Shown here: positions 34,771 through 47,670 of the stretch, one piece after another | How the letters are laid out: each line of letters begins with the position of its first letter | Position numbering within the stretch: the first letter of the stretch is position 1 | Source: the human T2T-CHM13v2.0 reference genome, Homo sapiens | Length of the DNA: 64,000 nucleotides | NCBI RefSeq assembly: GCF_009914755.1 | Contig: NC_060929.1 | Direction: 5' to 3' (one strand) | Translations under genes and position numbers: made by a program | The notes under the pieces: generated by a model | What the model was told of the DNA's origin: nothing | What the model saw: only the letters and a program-made list of their open reading frames with translations | The model's database searches: none

Positions 34771-37700
34771 TGCTACATAATTTGTCCCATTTCCTGAATT
34801 GCCTTAACTTGCAAATTACCCCAGGGTCATTATGGTTATATTTACAACATCTTTTCAATCTTAAAAGGTAAGACATCTCCCAATTTATGTTAAATAATCA
34901 TTTTATCTTATCCTAAACCCGGGGCCTGAAGAAGCCAATATTGCCTTTCTTGTTCATTATCTCTTATTGCTCAATGGCAATCTAGAGAAATTACAGATGA
35001 AAAATGTCTCTGTTTCCCACAAGAAAGTTCATTTCTTCCATGCTAGAAAGAGTTATCACCATACTCCTTAATTTATTTAAAATACTTCCTAAAAATACAT
35101 AGTAAGAACTTTCTAAGACACCTTTTCAAATGTTAAAGCCAAATTTATTCTGTTTAGAAAAAAAAAAACCTTTTAAAATGCTTCGTAAAAATCTGGCATC
35201 TTTAGACCATAATATAATTATAAGAGAACTATATGTTTCCCTCCTTTTTCTGTGTAAAGATTAGGATTTTTCAACCCCATTACAAATTAATGCATCCTTG
35301 CAAGAAGATTGAGGCTGGCACTTTTCATATTATCAGGAGTCTCCAGTTTCTTAATCTATTCATAAAGTCAGCAGAACTTTCTTGAACTCCTACTGTGTGT
35401 TCAGCATAAAGGACACATCGGTGAACAAAACTGACCAGATATTATCTCCACTGTTATGAAATCTGAAGGCATGTGACTATCACTGAGCCTTCTTAAGTTT
35501 TTTGTATTAACTGTAGTAATAAAAAAGCTAAAGCAATCTTATGAAAGATTTTAATTCAAACAGAAATGTTAATAAGGCCAATGCACTGATCCATAACAAT
35601 ATTGCCTTTTTAGCATCATAAATTTATATGTTAATTATGCAATTCAATCACAAAACTAAGTTTTTCATGGCATTTTCCTTTTCTCTGGGGTAGAGTTTCA
35701 AGTGCCACATAATAGTAATAGTATTAAATCCAGTAACATTAGTAGGAAGCATGAACTGTTAGACATTTTATATAGTACAATGTCTACTTTTGACTTACTA
35801 ATTAGAACAAATCTTCAGAAATCAAGGTAAATATTATCATATTGCTTATCTTTAGGTATCTTTAAGTATACAGATTGTTTATAAGGAAAAATTTTGATCA
35901 TTACTTCAAAGTTAACTGTCTTCCTACCCAAGCTGTTTTGGTAGACTTGTTTCTGGGTTTCAAGTAGCATCCTACTTGCCTTCTTAACACACCTCCATCT
36001 TTCACCCTTGTGCAGACAGAAAAAAAAAATCAGTGTGTCAACTTTGTTTCATGAAGACCTTATAAAGAGGCATTTAAGGTTGTAGTGACTTTTTAAAAAG
36101 AATAATCAGGGAAGAGAAGGTACAAACAGAACATTCTACAAGTGCAACAAATATCATAGGCGTATGAAAAATAAAAATTGGTAAACTAAATATGCTCATT
36201 AAAATACTTAACGGGATTATAAAGTATAATAAGAACTATAAAGAAACACATAAATATACTTCTGGTTCTCTTAGACTAGATAAGAATCACTCATTTCTTT
36301 AAGTCAGAAATTTATTTCTCTAGGGCAATGAAAAGAAAGAAACAAATTGAACATCTTTATAGCTATAGAATTAACCTGATTCTCCTTAAAATTTCACTGA
36401 TTTCTATCATCGGGCATAATACAGGGATTTTATATATGCTGGAAGTGATGGATGTATACTATTACTTATTACCTATGAAGTAGGGATGCAGGACAACATT
36501 GCCCATGTTTTAGTGGAGGAAAGCCAATTTCTGCTTCACTTCCCCAGGAAGGAAAAGTGTAAGAGGCCTGCCTTCCATTTCTCTACTTGCTCTCTTCTCC
36601 TCTCTCAGTTGGAAGTAGAGCGACTTACCTGAGTGATAAGTTTGAAAGAAAAAGCTTGGTGTGCTTGACGTAGGCCTTGTTGGCCTTTTTCAGAGTCAGT
36701 CTGCCTGCGAGATGCATGTGTTCTTTCTCGCTCTCCACATTATGGTTAAGCCCATGAGAGCAGCCTGTATTCCAATGGAGGTATTAGTTGTTATCCATTC
36801 AAATCTGATTAATTTAGGAGATTAATAGGTGAATCTTTTGGTCACACATAAAAAGCCATTCTCTCCAGTAAAGTTTGTCAGAAACGAAGTTAAAATTTTG
36901 AGCTCCACTTGTCAGTCCTCAATCAGTTACAAACTCGGAAGTAAGGGGACAAAAATGGGTGCCATTTACAGGACCCCTAAATCACTTACATTATTTAAAT
37001 ACTCAATTTGTTGGCACTAGAAAAGTCAACTTTTTAAAGAACTATAAATAGTTTTTAGGCAACCTTAAGCATAAAATTCAATAAATGATCTGGGCTTAGG
37101 AAAAGGATGTAAAAATAACTATACTTATTTAGAAATTTAGTGTAAATATCATTAATATATAAGTACTACAGATACAAATATAGAGAACAGGAAATGTCAG
37201 TTTTTTCAATGTCCTTTTTAATGCTATTATCAAATTTTTCAAGAATGGATGCATTAAACATATCATGCATAATTAATCAAATTTTTGAAAACTCATTGCT
37301 GGAGAAACACACCAAATTTTAAGTTGTTTTACCATAATTCATTTTAGTTTTTGATTATTGTTGTTTAAGTGTTTCACTATAATCATTAAGCTCTTGTAAA
37401 TTATTTTCATTCCACCAGCTAAAAAATTGTGTGTATATTTGTGTGTGCATGTAAAATGTGTGTGCATACACACATACACATGAAAGCACACATATAAATA
37501 TGAATATGAACTATAATTTGCAATTAAATTATGTAAGGGTTATTTGCTGGTGAGATCTTTCTCTGGACAAGCATGCTCTCTAACCTCTATATTAGTTAAA
37601 TAGGGATTCCTTGGGTGGCTTTTAAGTTTAACTTCACACTGACTGGAAGCAGAACTATAAGCAAAGTAATCATCCCCACTTAACAAACATTTCCTTCCTC

Positions 37701-38079
37701 ATCCCCCCAAAACTACTGTTCCTCTTAGCCCTTAAGAACAAATTTTTAGTGTTTCCTTATATGCATTTATTCAAAAAAAATTTATCTATACAAATACCCA
37801 TATGTATACAGTATGTTTTGTTGTTGCACTCTCTGGCTTGCATATGCACACACACATATACACCCAGGGTTATATTGCTCCTCTTTCTTTGGTAAGTGCA
37901 TTTAAAAGCACAAACAACTATAAGGGATCTAATCCATTAAGTGCCAATCATTTTCATATAATGCTTTTTTTTGGCAAATAAGGTTTTATGTATAAAAGTA
38001 AAAAATAATCCTTAGTCTATGGCTCCTTGTTTAACTAAAGTTTTGAATTTCAAATAGGTTAAAATTAAAGTATGTTTTC

Positions 38080-38570
38080 TGGGTCTCTTCTCTATCTTTT
38101 CCCTGGGTGATCTACCACCTCACCAACTATGTACACACTGAGCTGTTACATATATGTATCTTCAAAACTATATATCTTTCTGCCTGCTGGAAATCTTCAA
38201 CATGTCTAAAGTTGAATATCCAAAATCAACATTCCCCAAAGTGAATACCAGAGTTTTTCTGTCATACACACTCACTTTCTTATGTTCTCTATCTCAGAAA
38301 GGACACCTTCACCCAAACCAGAAATCTTGCTTTCATCCCAGTTACCTTCCTCTCTCTACTTAATTCCTTCTCCCATATCCTATTAGTCATCAAACTTTAA
38401 TCCCCCTAAACATATTCTTTCTCCTTATAGACCATCAGTTCTCACTAGATTTTGACAGTGGTTTCCTGATTTATCTCATCTGCTCTTCCCACAGACCCTA
38501 CCAATCCACCCTCCATATAGTGTGAAAATCATCTTTTAACAGGCAAATCTGATCATGTTAACTCTCAAAG
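38080..38570 (+). mobile_element. L2 fragment
   Basis: caacatgtctaaagttgaa, tcatcaaac...ccccctaaacat and caaatctgatcatgttaactc. Confidence 0.7.
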
Positions 38571-40334
38571 GGCTATGGGGACCATCCCATTACTGATGTC
38601 ACTGCAACATGTAGTGATTAGATAATTTAGTGACTTAGGGATGTGAAGCTTCTCCCCTTCCTATCTAGTACTGTAGATCATACCATATGTGAAGTTCTAA
38701 CACAAAACAGGAGTGAAATTATCAGGATAGAAGGCATTCCTACAATGTGTGTTTTGGTTTAAGGATGAAAACTAGATGCTGCCTTTTCTATTTAGTGGAA
38801 GGAAACAGTTGAGGCTTTCTTGAGTCAGCAGTTGTGCAATATTATCCTGATAATTTTAGGCCCTGGTTTCTACAACTTTATATAAAGCTGTAGTTTGCAA
38901 ATCATCACTTCACCAATAAACTGCCAATTTATGTAGCTTCACATTGCCTAGTAACTTCAACATAATTCCTGGAAGAAGGAGGACTGGGGCCTCTTTTACC
39001 TAACATGCTCTGTTTTCATTGAAGAGCTGAGCATGTAGAAGGTAAATGTGCTGAGGGACAGTCCTCCAAAACCCGGTTTTCTAACGTGAAGCTGTTATCA
39101 GCAACAGAACCAAGCAGAGGAAGCATGTTTACAAGATCACAGCAACATCCCAGTCCCCAGTCAGGCCTTTGTGGTTTCAAAAAGCTGCAAATTCTGTCAA
39201 CAGCAAAGTCTGCATATCCTGTTCCTGTTTTACCATGGCCTTCTAGTTTATTTCCCAACTCCAGCATCCATCAATGTTTTATTCCAGTGACTATCAAAAG
39301 TGAAAGTCAAATGTTCTGTACTTTACTCTCTGACATGTGAATTTCAATCCAACTACTTCTAATTCCTTAGACACACTTCAGTCTTGACTGCTCCTTTGCT
39401 CTCACCCTTTCCCCTGATCTTGTGAATTCATTTTTCTATGCCATCAAACACTTTTCAATTAATATGCCTTTATAGGAACTTCGTTCTATGTCTTGATTTA
39501 ATCATTTTCTTCACAACTCTTCACTAAACTTATAGGAAAAGAGGACTAGACAGTGCACCTTTTTTCTTCTTATTGACAATTCTATACTCTTCCCTCCATT
39601 TCTGAGTCTCTTATGTTCCTCATTTGCCTTATGGTTTCACTTGCCACCTATGCCCCAGAGACCCAATAGCCAGATATGTGTAATGTTATGAATCACCCTC
39701 TAGATTCCCATGAATGACATACTTCCTGATTTGGATCTGTAAATACATCTATGCCTATATATGCTCTATATTTCTAAAATAAATTAAGTTTATAATATAA
39801 ACATGATTGTTTTTACAAAAATTGATGTGTGTAACCTTTATCTCCTTTGTTATTATTTTACCTCATCTCCAGGTATGAGCTTGTTGCTGACATTCACTTC
39901 CAACCTCTAATACCACAGTTTGCTCTGTACCTAACATTTACCTTCTCCTTGGAGTAAGAGTGAAATTTTAGCTAGTGGTCATTTGGGAGTGGGATAAGGC
40001 AAATGCGATGAATGGGACAGAGCCTAAGAATTAAATCTCAGAGATGGGGTGGAGATCAAAGACATAATGAGTGTCAGAATTAGTTCAAGCCTTAAGAAAT
40101 TGTTGAAGGTTAATAATGGAGTTAACTTCAAGGAAGAACTGAAGCTCAGTGATGAGGTAAATATCTGAAATGTTGAACATATTACTCAATACAAGAACTA
40201 TGAAAGTTTATTTATTTTTGCTTTTTATCTAACTATGAAATGCTTATACCCGAACATGGTTTCTTTAGTCCTTTCTACTTTAAGTACCTCACCATTACAT
40301 TTCTGTAATGCCACTATTTCAATCTCCCTGGTCT

Positions 40335-41130
40335 TTTTTTTTTTTAAAAAAAGAAAAGTCTAATTTTTATACAAAGGAATTGCATATGCCTAATGCATGT
40401 TTGATGAGTTGGGACATATTTATGTACCTGTGATACTATCACTGCAATCAAGATAATAAACATATTCAACACTTCCAAGTTTCCTTATGCATCCCACTCC
40501 TTTTGTTGTAAGAACATTTAATATGAAATCCACCCTTGTAACAAATTTTTAAGTGTATCATATCCTGTTGTTAACTATAGGCACTACGTTGTACAGCAGA
40601 CCTATAGAACATATTTGCCTTTCATAACTGAAATTTTATAACCATTGACCAACAATTCCCCATTTCTGTTCCTCCAAGTCCCTTAGAAACCACTATTCTG
40701 TTCTCCATGTGTTGGACTATTTTAGATATCTCATATAAGTAGAATAGTACAGTATTTGTGTTTATGACACTGACTTATTTTAATTAGCTTAGTATCTTCC
40801 AGGTTTATCCATGTTGTTGCAAATGTTAAGATTTCCTTTTGTTTTTGTAAGGCCAAACAATATTCCATTGAATATATATTCCACATTTTACTTTATGCAT
40901 TCATTTGTTTATAGACATGAGAGTTGTTTCCATATCTTGGTTTTATGAAAAATGCTGCACTAAACATGGAATTACAGTATCTCTTTGAGATCCTGATTTC
41001 ATTTTTTTGGATATGTATGCAGAAGTGGGATTGTTGGATTATAAAGTCTCTCTATTTTTAGTTTTTTGAGGAATTTTCATGCTATTTTCCATAATGGTTT
41101 TACCACTTTACATTTTCACCAAGAATGCAA
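40335..41130 (-). mobile_element. L1MA10/L1MB-like 3' fragment
   Basis: gttaactataggcactacgttgtacagcagacct, cttccaggtttatccatgttgttgcaaatg and cagaagtgggattgttggat. Confidence 0.9.
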
Positions 41131-42629
41131 CATTATATTGAGGTCATGAACATGTGTGTATATACAAATGCATGAATAAATGAATATCTTTTCTGCCCCC
41201 TGATTACCATTTCTTTGTGGACCAGAGATATTTTATAAATACCACAAAAAGTTGTCCTATTCCCAGTTAGTTGATGCCCTTGTATTGGAACTTCCAGTTC
41301 CAGTATTACAATTGTAGACTATGGGAGTCAGTCAGCACTATGGTGGAGGTTTTTTGGTTCTAGCCCCACCACTTACTTCTTGGTCATGTTTCTGAGCTAG
41401 ACACTGGGGTCAAACTTCAACTGTAGACAGTGAGTGCTGACTTGGGAGTGATGTTGTCTCTACTTCAGAAGTTTGAGGGTTATGGATTTATCTGAAGCCT
41501 ACACAGTGGCCAGGATAAGAAATGTGCAGTTTCTAGGCTGAAGTTTTATCACAAGCTTTTTTGTAATTTTCAAGGCTGTTGGGACTGGAATTGGTAAATT
41601 TCTTTTATTTTCCTTTTAATCAATCTATTATTTAAATACATGTGGCTATATTAACTATATTAATTGAAATTTTTCTCAAAAGTTTGGTGAAAAAAATTAT
41701 AATTCTTAATATTTTTTGCTTCAGTAGGAATACATACATAGATTTTAAGAAAAAAGGATATAGAAAAATCAAGAAAACCAAAACTTGACGTATTTTATAT
41801 GTATATAACATCTATTCTATACTTTAAATCTTTTCAAGAATAGGCATTGTGTTTTATATGTATTTAATTTAAACACTCATAAAATTCTGAAATTAGCTAT
41901 GATACTGATTTATATTCTAACACTGGAAATAAAACAAGATTATTTTTCTTTCTTTCACAAAGAGCAAAGGGTTTCAGAATCAAGTTTGTCTTCAAGCAGC
42001 AGCAAACGCTTGCTGACAAGATATTTTGGAACAACTTGCTATTAGGAAGGAAGTATGAGTGGGAGGATGAGAAATAGCTCATGCCCATATGACACATACA
42101 AGTTGTGAATGTGTTAGAAGTCCATGATGTAAAACATAAAAGGGTATAACAATTTATCTCAGTGACAGAAAGGACCTTATTCTAATCTTTTGTTTTTACA
42201 GCTCTATCCTGAATTAGATTTTTTTATCTCTTTACTTTGCTCTCATTTATTTCAATCAGGTCATAAGATGATGCTTATAAACATTACAAATCATAACATC
42301 AGGAGATAACATAGAATCTGTCAAAATATCTTGAACAAACTGCATGGACTTTCATGTTGAAGCCATTTGCCCTTGTTACTCCAGGCAAACATGGCAAAAT
42401 CATTGCTGCATGAGAAATATTAGTGAATATTATCCTCTTTTTTTCGTCTAATAGTAATTTATGCTTTTCGAGTTGCCTTATCTAAAACTGTCATGATGGC
42501 TTTATATGTAAGCTTGTCTGCATCCCACATAAATTGGTAGTAAAAAGGACACTGTCAAATTATTATCCTAGAACAAACGATAATCAAGTGATTCTTTTCC
42601 AACAATACAATACACAGAAATTGGAAATC

Positions 42630-43030
42630 CATCCAATAATTTGTTCAACAAACAATTATTGAGCTGCTATAATTTTCAAAACTCTTTGATAGGTGCTTGA
42701 GGAATTCAGACATGAAGATCATGGTATTCTGTTCTTGAGGATTTTGAAGTCTACTTTGGACCCAAAACCAATATAATCCTAGTTTCATCTCAGCTATATC
42801 TCCTACATACACTATTTGTTATAACTTGTAGCAAATAAACTCTCTCCTTTGAACCCTTGTAATACTCTGAATTTTCCTTATGGAATAGAATTTTGTCAAT
42901 CATATATAACAATAGTATATTTATTTATACAAGTCATCAGAGTAGTTTGTAAGACTTTGAGTTCTTTGAGGACATAAATAATACCTTATATATTTTTTAA
43001 TCTTCTGCAGCACATTGCATTGATCATTAC
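42630..43030. mobile_element. L2 tail fragments (opposite orientations)
   Basis: ttcaacaaacaattattgagc...ataggtgct (antisense) and gagttctttgaggaca...cagcaca (sense). Confidence 0.55.
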
Positions 43031-43351
43031 AATGTAATATGAAATCACTAATACCTATTAACCAAGCAGTTTATGGGGAATGCCAGATGAATGGTACATT
43101 AAATTAAGAGTTATGGGAAGAAAGAGGAAGGGACGGCAACTTCCAGCTTGAAGCCACACAGAAATGCTTATTGGGTAATGGCATTTGAATTCTAGATGAA
43201 TTACCACCTTTTGATTCAGAACATTAAGGTGTTTACTCCTCTAAGTTTTAAATTTTAAATTGCCAAACTAGCAAATGGAAAAAAGGGACATTATCCATCC
43301 ATTTTTAAAATTTCTTTATAAAATAAGTACATATTTTTTAAAAGTACAGAC

Positions 43352-44720
43352 TGCATATTGTTTCAGCTACGTGTTGATTCCATCCCAAAACTTGGTGGAA
43401 TAAAGCAACAACCATTTTATTGTATTCCTGATTTGGTGGGTCATAAATTCAGACAGGGCACTGCAAATATAGGTCATCTCTTCCACATGATGCTGGCACC
43501 TCAGCTGGGGTGATGCAAACAGCTGGAGCTGACTGGGATGAGGGTTTTCAGGAGTCCTTGGTTGTCCCTGTCAGTTGAATTCCTTGGTTGTTCTCCATAT
43601 TGGTGCAACAGACACTGGCACGTGGGCTGGGAGCCCGGCCCAGCTGGGTTTCTGTGTCACCTCTGTCTTTCCACTCAGCCTGTCCATGTAGACATTGGGC
43701 TTCCTTGCAGCAAGATGGTCTTGGGGTAGGTGTGGTATCAGGATAACTACAGTGAACGTTTCCATTTAAAAAGGAGGAATGAGGAATGAGTAGTACTTAC
43801 TAGTTCATAGCAGTTCTGATCCAGCCAGTGCAACAATTCCAGTTCCTTGATTAGGGCCCAGCTGTGCTCCCTGGGAGTGGTTCCCTGTGGTTCTTAACTC
43901 CACTCTCCAGCCAGGCGGCTCTGCACTCTGAGACTTTCTTCCTTTTCTACAGAGAATGGCTCATGTTTGTAGGTGATTAACTGTCTCAGCCTGCTTTCTT
44001 CCCATAGAAATTTGAAAGCCTATGATATTTTTGCTTTGAACTGATCCTCTCTTATTTAATGCAATTTGTTAGTGCTTCTACCAATGCAAATGTCTTAAAA
44101 ACATTGTGGGTTTCTCAGAATATTATTGATGGTTACATGATTAGGCAAAAGCATACACACAGATGTCTTTACAACAGTTCATTCTCTATCTCGACCTGAG
44201 GCTTAGGGTGCTGTGGTATAACACCCTTAAAATCCAGAGACACCCTCTAGCAGAGAAGGTCTAAAGGGCAAGTTAACAAGCTTTGTTTTTCTGTCTACAA
44301 GGCATGACATTAAGTCTATCTGTAGTCCCAATACACAGTTAAAACTGCATTTGACTCCACTTTTAAACTGAGATGATGTTTTACTAGAAGGTTCCTGAAT
44401 TTGATCATTACTCTGAGGCCATTTCTTCATTTAACAGCCTAAATCTCAGTGGAACAACTGTCCTTGACCATTTAATACCTAAGTTCTGCCAAACAGCTAA
44501 ACACTTCCTTCATAAGTTTATCTCTGTTTTCTCATATTTTATCACATATGTTTAGAATAAATCAGTTAGTACTGTCAACATACTATTTACCCAGCCAGAT
44601 CAATGAGTTTTCTTGGGTACACTTTCTATTTTCCACATTACCACAGATAAAGCTGATATTTCTGCCAATACTTAACTTGAACCTTCTTTCCTGCGGCTTT
44701 TTATTGCAGAAGCAACTGAG
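43352..44720 (-). mobile_element. MLT1-type LTR fragment plus MaLR internal sequence
   Basis: cccaaaacttggtggaataaagcaacaaccatttt...gggtcataaattcagacagggcac (LTR), followed by pyrimidine-rich MLT1-int-like sequence (gggtgctgtgg...acacccttaa). Confidence 0.7.
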
Positions 44721-44736
44721 TTCTGGTTCCAATAAC

Positions 44737-45276
44737 TGTATCAGTTGGGATTCAATCAGAAATACAGAAACACTGTGCATGGCAGGAAAAAGAAATTTAT
44801 TATAAGAATTTGAACTTACACAATTGTGAGAGAAGCTAGGGATGTAAAAGTCCAAAAAAAGGGAGTAGCGATACTAGAGAAAAGTTAACTAGCCAGTCCT
44901 GACACAGATGGATGAGTCAGTTCTTACATGGAAATTTGGAAGCTATGCACATACAGCTGCAGAACAGGGGCAACAAAGGGAGACAGGTATAGAAATATAT
45001 GGAAGGTTATTGGCTTTTCATGGCTAGTGTCTCTGTGACTTTGCAGCACAGCGAACTACAGCCTAACTGTTTGAAATCACCTGCAGAGCTGCATCTGTCT
45101 CCCACAGCCTGACTGATGATGACCATTAGAGGGTAATGGTTGTGCTTTGCTTCCATCTTCCAGAATATTTGCAATATAACTTTTGGTCAGCTAGAACCTA
45201 CATACAGACATGGAAGTTGCTTTTAGGAAACAGTTCCCAGCTTAATCAAGTTGATGATAGAACAATTCTTAACCAC
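44737..45276. mobile_element. ERVL-class solo LTR (MLT2/LTR40-like)
   Basis: tgtatcagttgggattcaatcagaaatacagaaac...aaatttattataag start; aagttgatgatagaac...aaccaca end. Confidence 0.55.
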
Positions 45277-45506
45277 ATTCATTAAAGAAAACGTGGCAAT
45301 TACAAACAAACATATAATATAGCAGAATAAAAACTGCTCATGAGCTTATTACCAAGATGTAAATGGCATTAACGTCTTAGCAGATTCTCACCTTTTATTC
45401 TCTGAAAACTTTTCTATTTTGTTATAGAAGATTTAGCATTAGCGATTTGCTTATGAAGTACTGCAACACAGTGATTAAAAGCCCACATTTTGGATTGGTC
45501 AGCTAG

Positions 45507-45802
<296 letters not shown>

Positions 45803-45921
45803 TTAGCTAGATTTAAATACCAGATTCGTCACTAAGTATATGTATGACCTTTGGACAAAATAACAAACACCTCTTCTCTCTGTTTATTTTATGTAAAATG
45901 AGGATAAAACTAGTACCTACC

Positions 45922-46421
45922 TGTAATAGCTAGAATATGGTCTTCCAACGATGTCCATATCTTAATTCCCATAATATGTTAGGCTTTATTGTAAAGGAGC
46001 ATTCAGATTGAAGGTATAATTAAGGTTGCTGATCAATTTACCTTGAGAAAGGGAGTTTATCCTGGATTATTCTGGTGGTCCCAGTGTAATTAAAAGGGTT
46101 CTTAAAAGTGGAAGAGGCAGGAGAGAGAGAGCAAGAGATATGGCAGTGTGAGAACTCAACATAACCTTAATAGCTTTGAAGATGGAGCAACGGGGCCACA
46201 GGCTGAAGAATGCCAGTTAGAAAGAAGCTGACAAGGGGAAGAAAATGGATTATTTCCTAGAACCTCCAGAAGGAACACAGCCCTGCCAACACCTTGAGTT
46301 TAGCCTAGTGAGACCCATTTTGGATTTTTGACCTCCAAAACTGGTAAGAGAAGAAACTTTTGCTTAATTAAACCACTAAGGGTATAATAATTTGTTACAA
46401 CAGAAATAGGAAGTTAATACA
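45922..46421 (+). mobile_element. MLT1D-like solo LTR with perfect TSD CTACC
   Basis: TG...CA termini; ctagaacctccagaaggaacacagccctgccaacaccttga; CTACC at 45917-45921 and 46422-46426. Confidence 0.93.
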
Positions 46422-46515
46422 CTACCTCATGGGATTGTGGTGAGAATTAAATGGGATGAATATAGGAAGTTAATACACTACCTCATGGGATTGTGGTGAG
46501 AATTAAATGGGATGA
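46406..46515. repeat. 54-bp perfect tandem duplication (period 56)
   Basis: ataggaagttaatacactacctcatgggattgtggtgagaattaaatgggatga at 46406-46459 and 46462-46515. Confidence 0.95.
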
Positions 46516-46879
46516 TACATGTAATCATGATTAAAATAGGTCCTGGCACATAGTAGTTCCTCAATAAATGTGATAGTTTGCTATTTCACTATGTATATAT
46601 GTATCAAAATACCATATTGTACACCCTAATTTATACAATAAAGTTATAATCATTTAATTATATGAGATATGCTGTATATGTATATATATATAAATATACA
46701 TATTCCCTGTTGTTGGATAATCTGTGTTCAATTTCTTCTTACAAAAAAATGCTTAAGTGGGCAAAATCTATGGGGAATTTATCTGTCTCCATGCCTGTTG
46801 TAGACTTAGTGGCTAATAAAATATCAGCCACACAGTAAGGCTCTATAAATAAATATTCATTAAGGAGATGAATAAATGG

Positions 46880-47670
46880 TCAGACTATTTGTGCCTATAT
46901 ATTTTTTATTCACATTTGTCTTTTGTCTGTAGGCTAGATTCCCAGAAAAGGAATTACTAGATCAAAATGAGCTGAACATTTTCATGCTCTTTATACCTAC
47001 TGCCAAATGGATTTTCATAAAGGTTATGCCAATTTACACTCCCACAGCATTGTATGAATGTGACTTCGTCATCCTACCCATGCTAACATTGAGTATCCTG
47101 CATTTAAAAGATCTCTGATAGCTTTTTGCCAATTTTTATCATTCTTTTTATTATATTTTCAATTATTTTAGTGTGATAAACTTCTTAATGGTTATTTTAT
47201 TTTTTATTGGTCTTTTTAAACATTTCTTTTGTAAATTCTTTGAGGATTATTTTCAAATTACAAATTATTTTAAACATGTGGAACAAAAGCACAGAAAATA
47301 TGTCCTTCTGAACTTATCAGAAAAATTTGACAAATACTGGCAATTTCACAATATTAACTTCATTTATTGACTGATTTGCTTTTGTAATAGAATGTTATAG
47401 CTATCTTAAAATGCCTTGTATTTTCCTTTCTCTTTCTCCCCAGAGAGTATTTCTGTTCTGCATATTCTTCTTGTTTATGCTTTTATATTCACACACAACC
47501 CACGTGTACACACAACTAGTATGTGCGATACTCTTTTTCAAGTTACCTCTGTTTGCTTTACCAAGGTGTTAGTATTTTTGATATTAATCTATGAGTTCTT
47601 CATGTTACAAGGATTTTAACTCTTTGCTTGTCATAGTTGGTGTATTTCCCCAGTTAGTCATTTTAATTAT
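46880..47670 (-). mobile_element. Old L1 (L1ME-like) fragments
   Basis: tagattcccagaaaaggaattactagatcaaa...aggttatgccaatttacactcccacagca. Confidence 0.7.
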
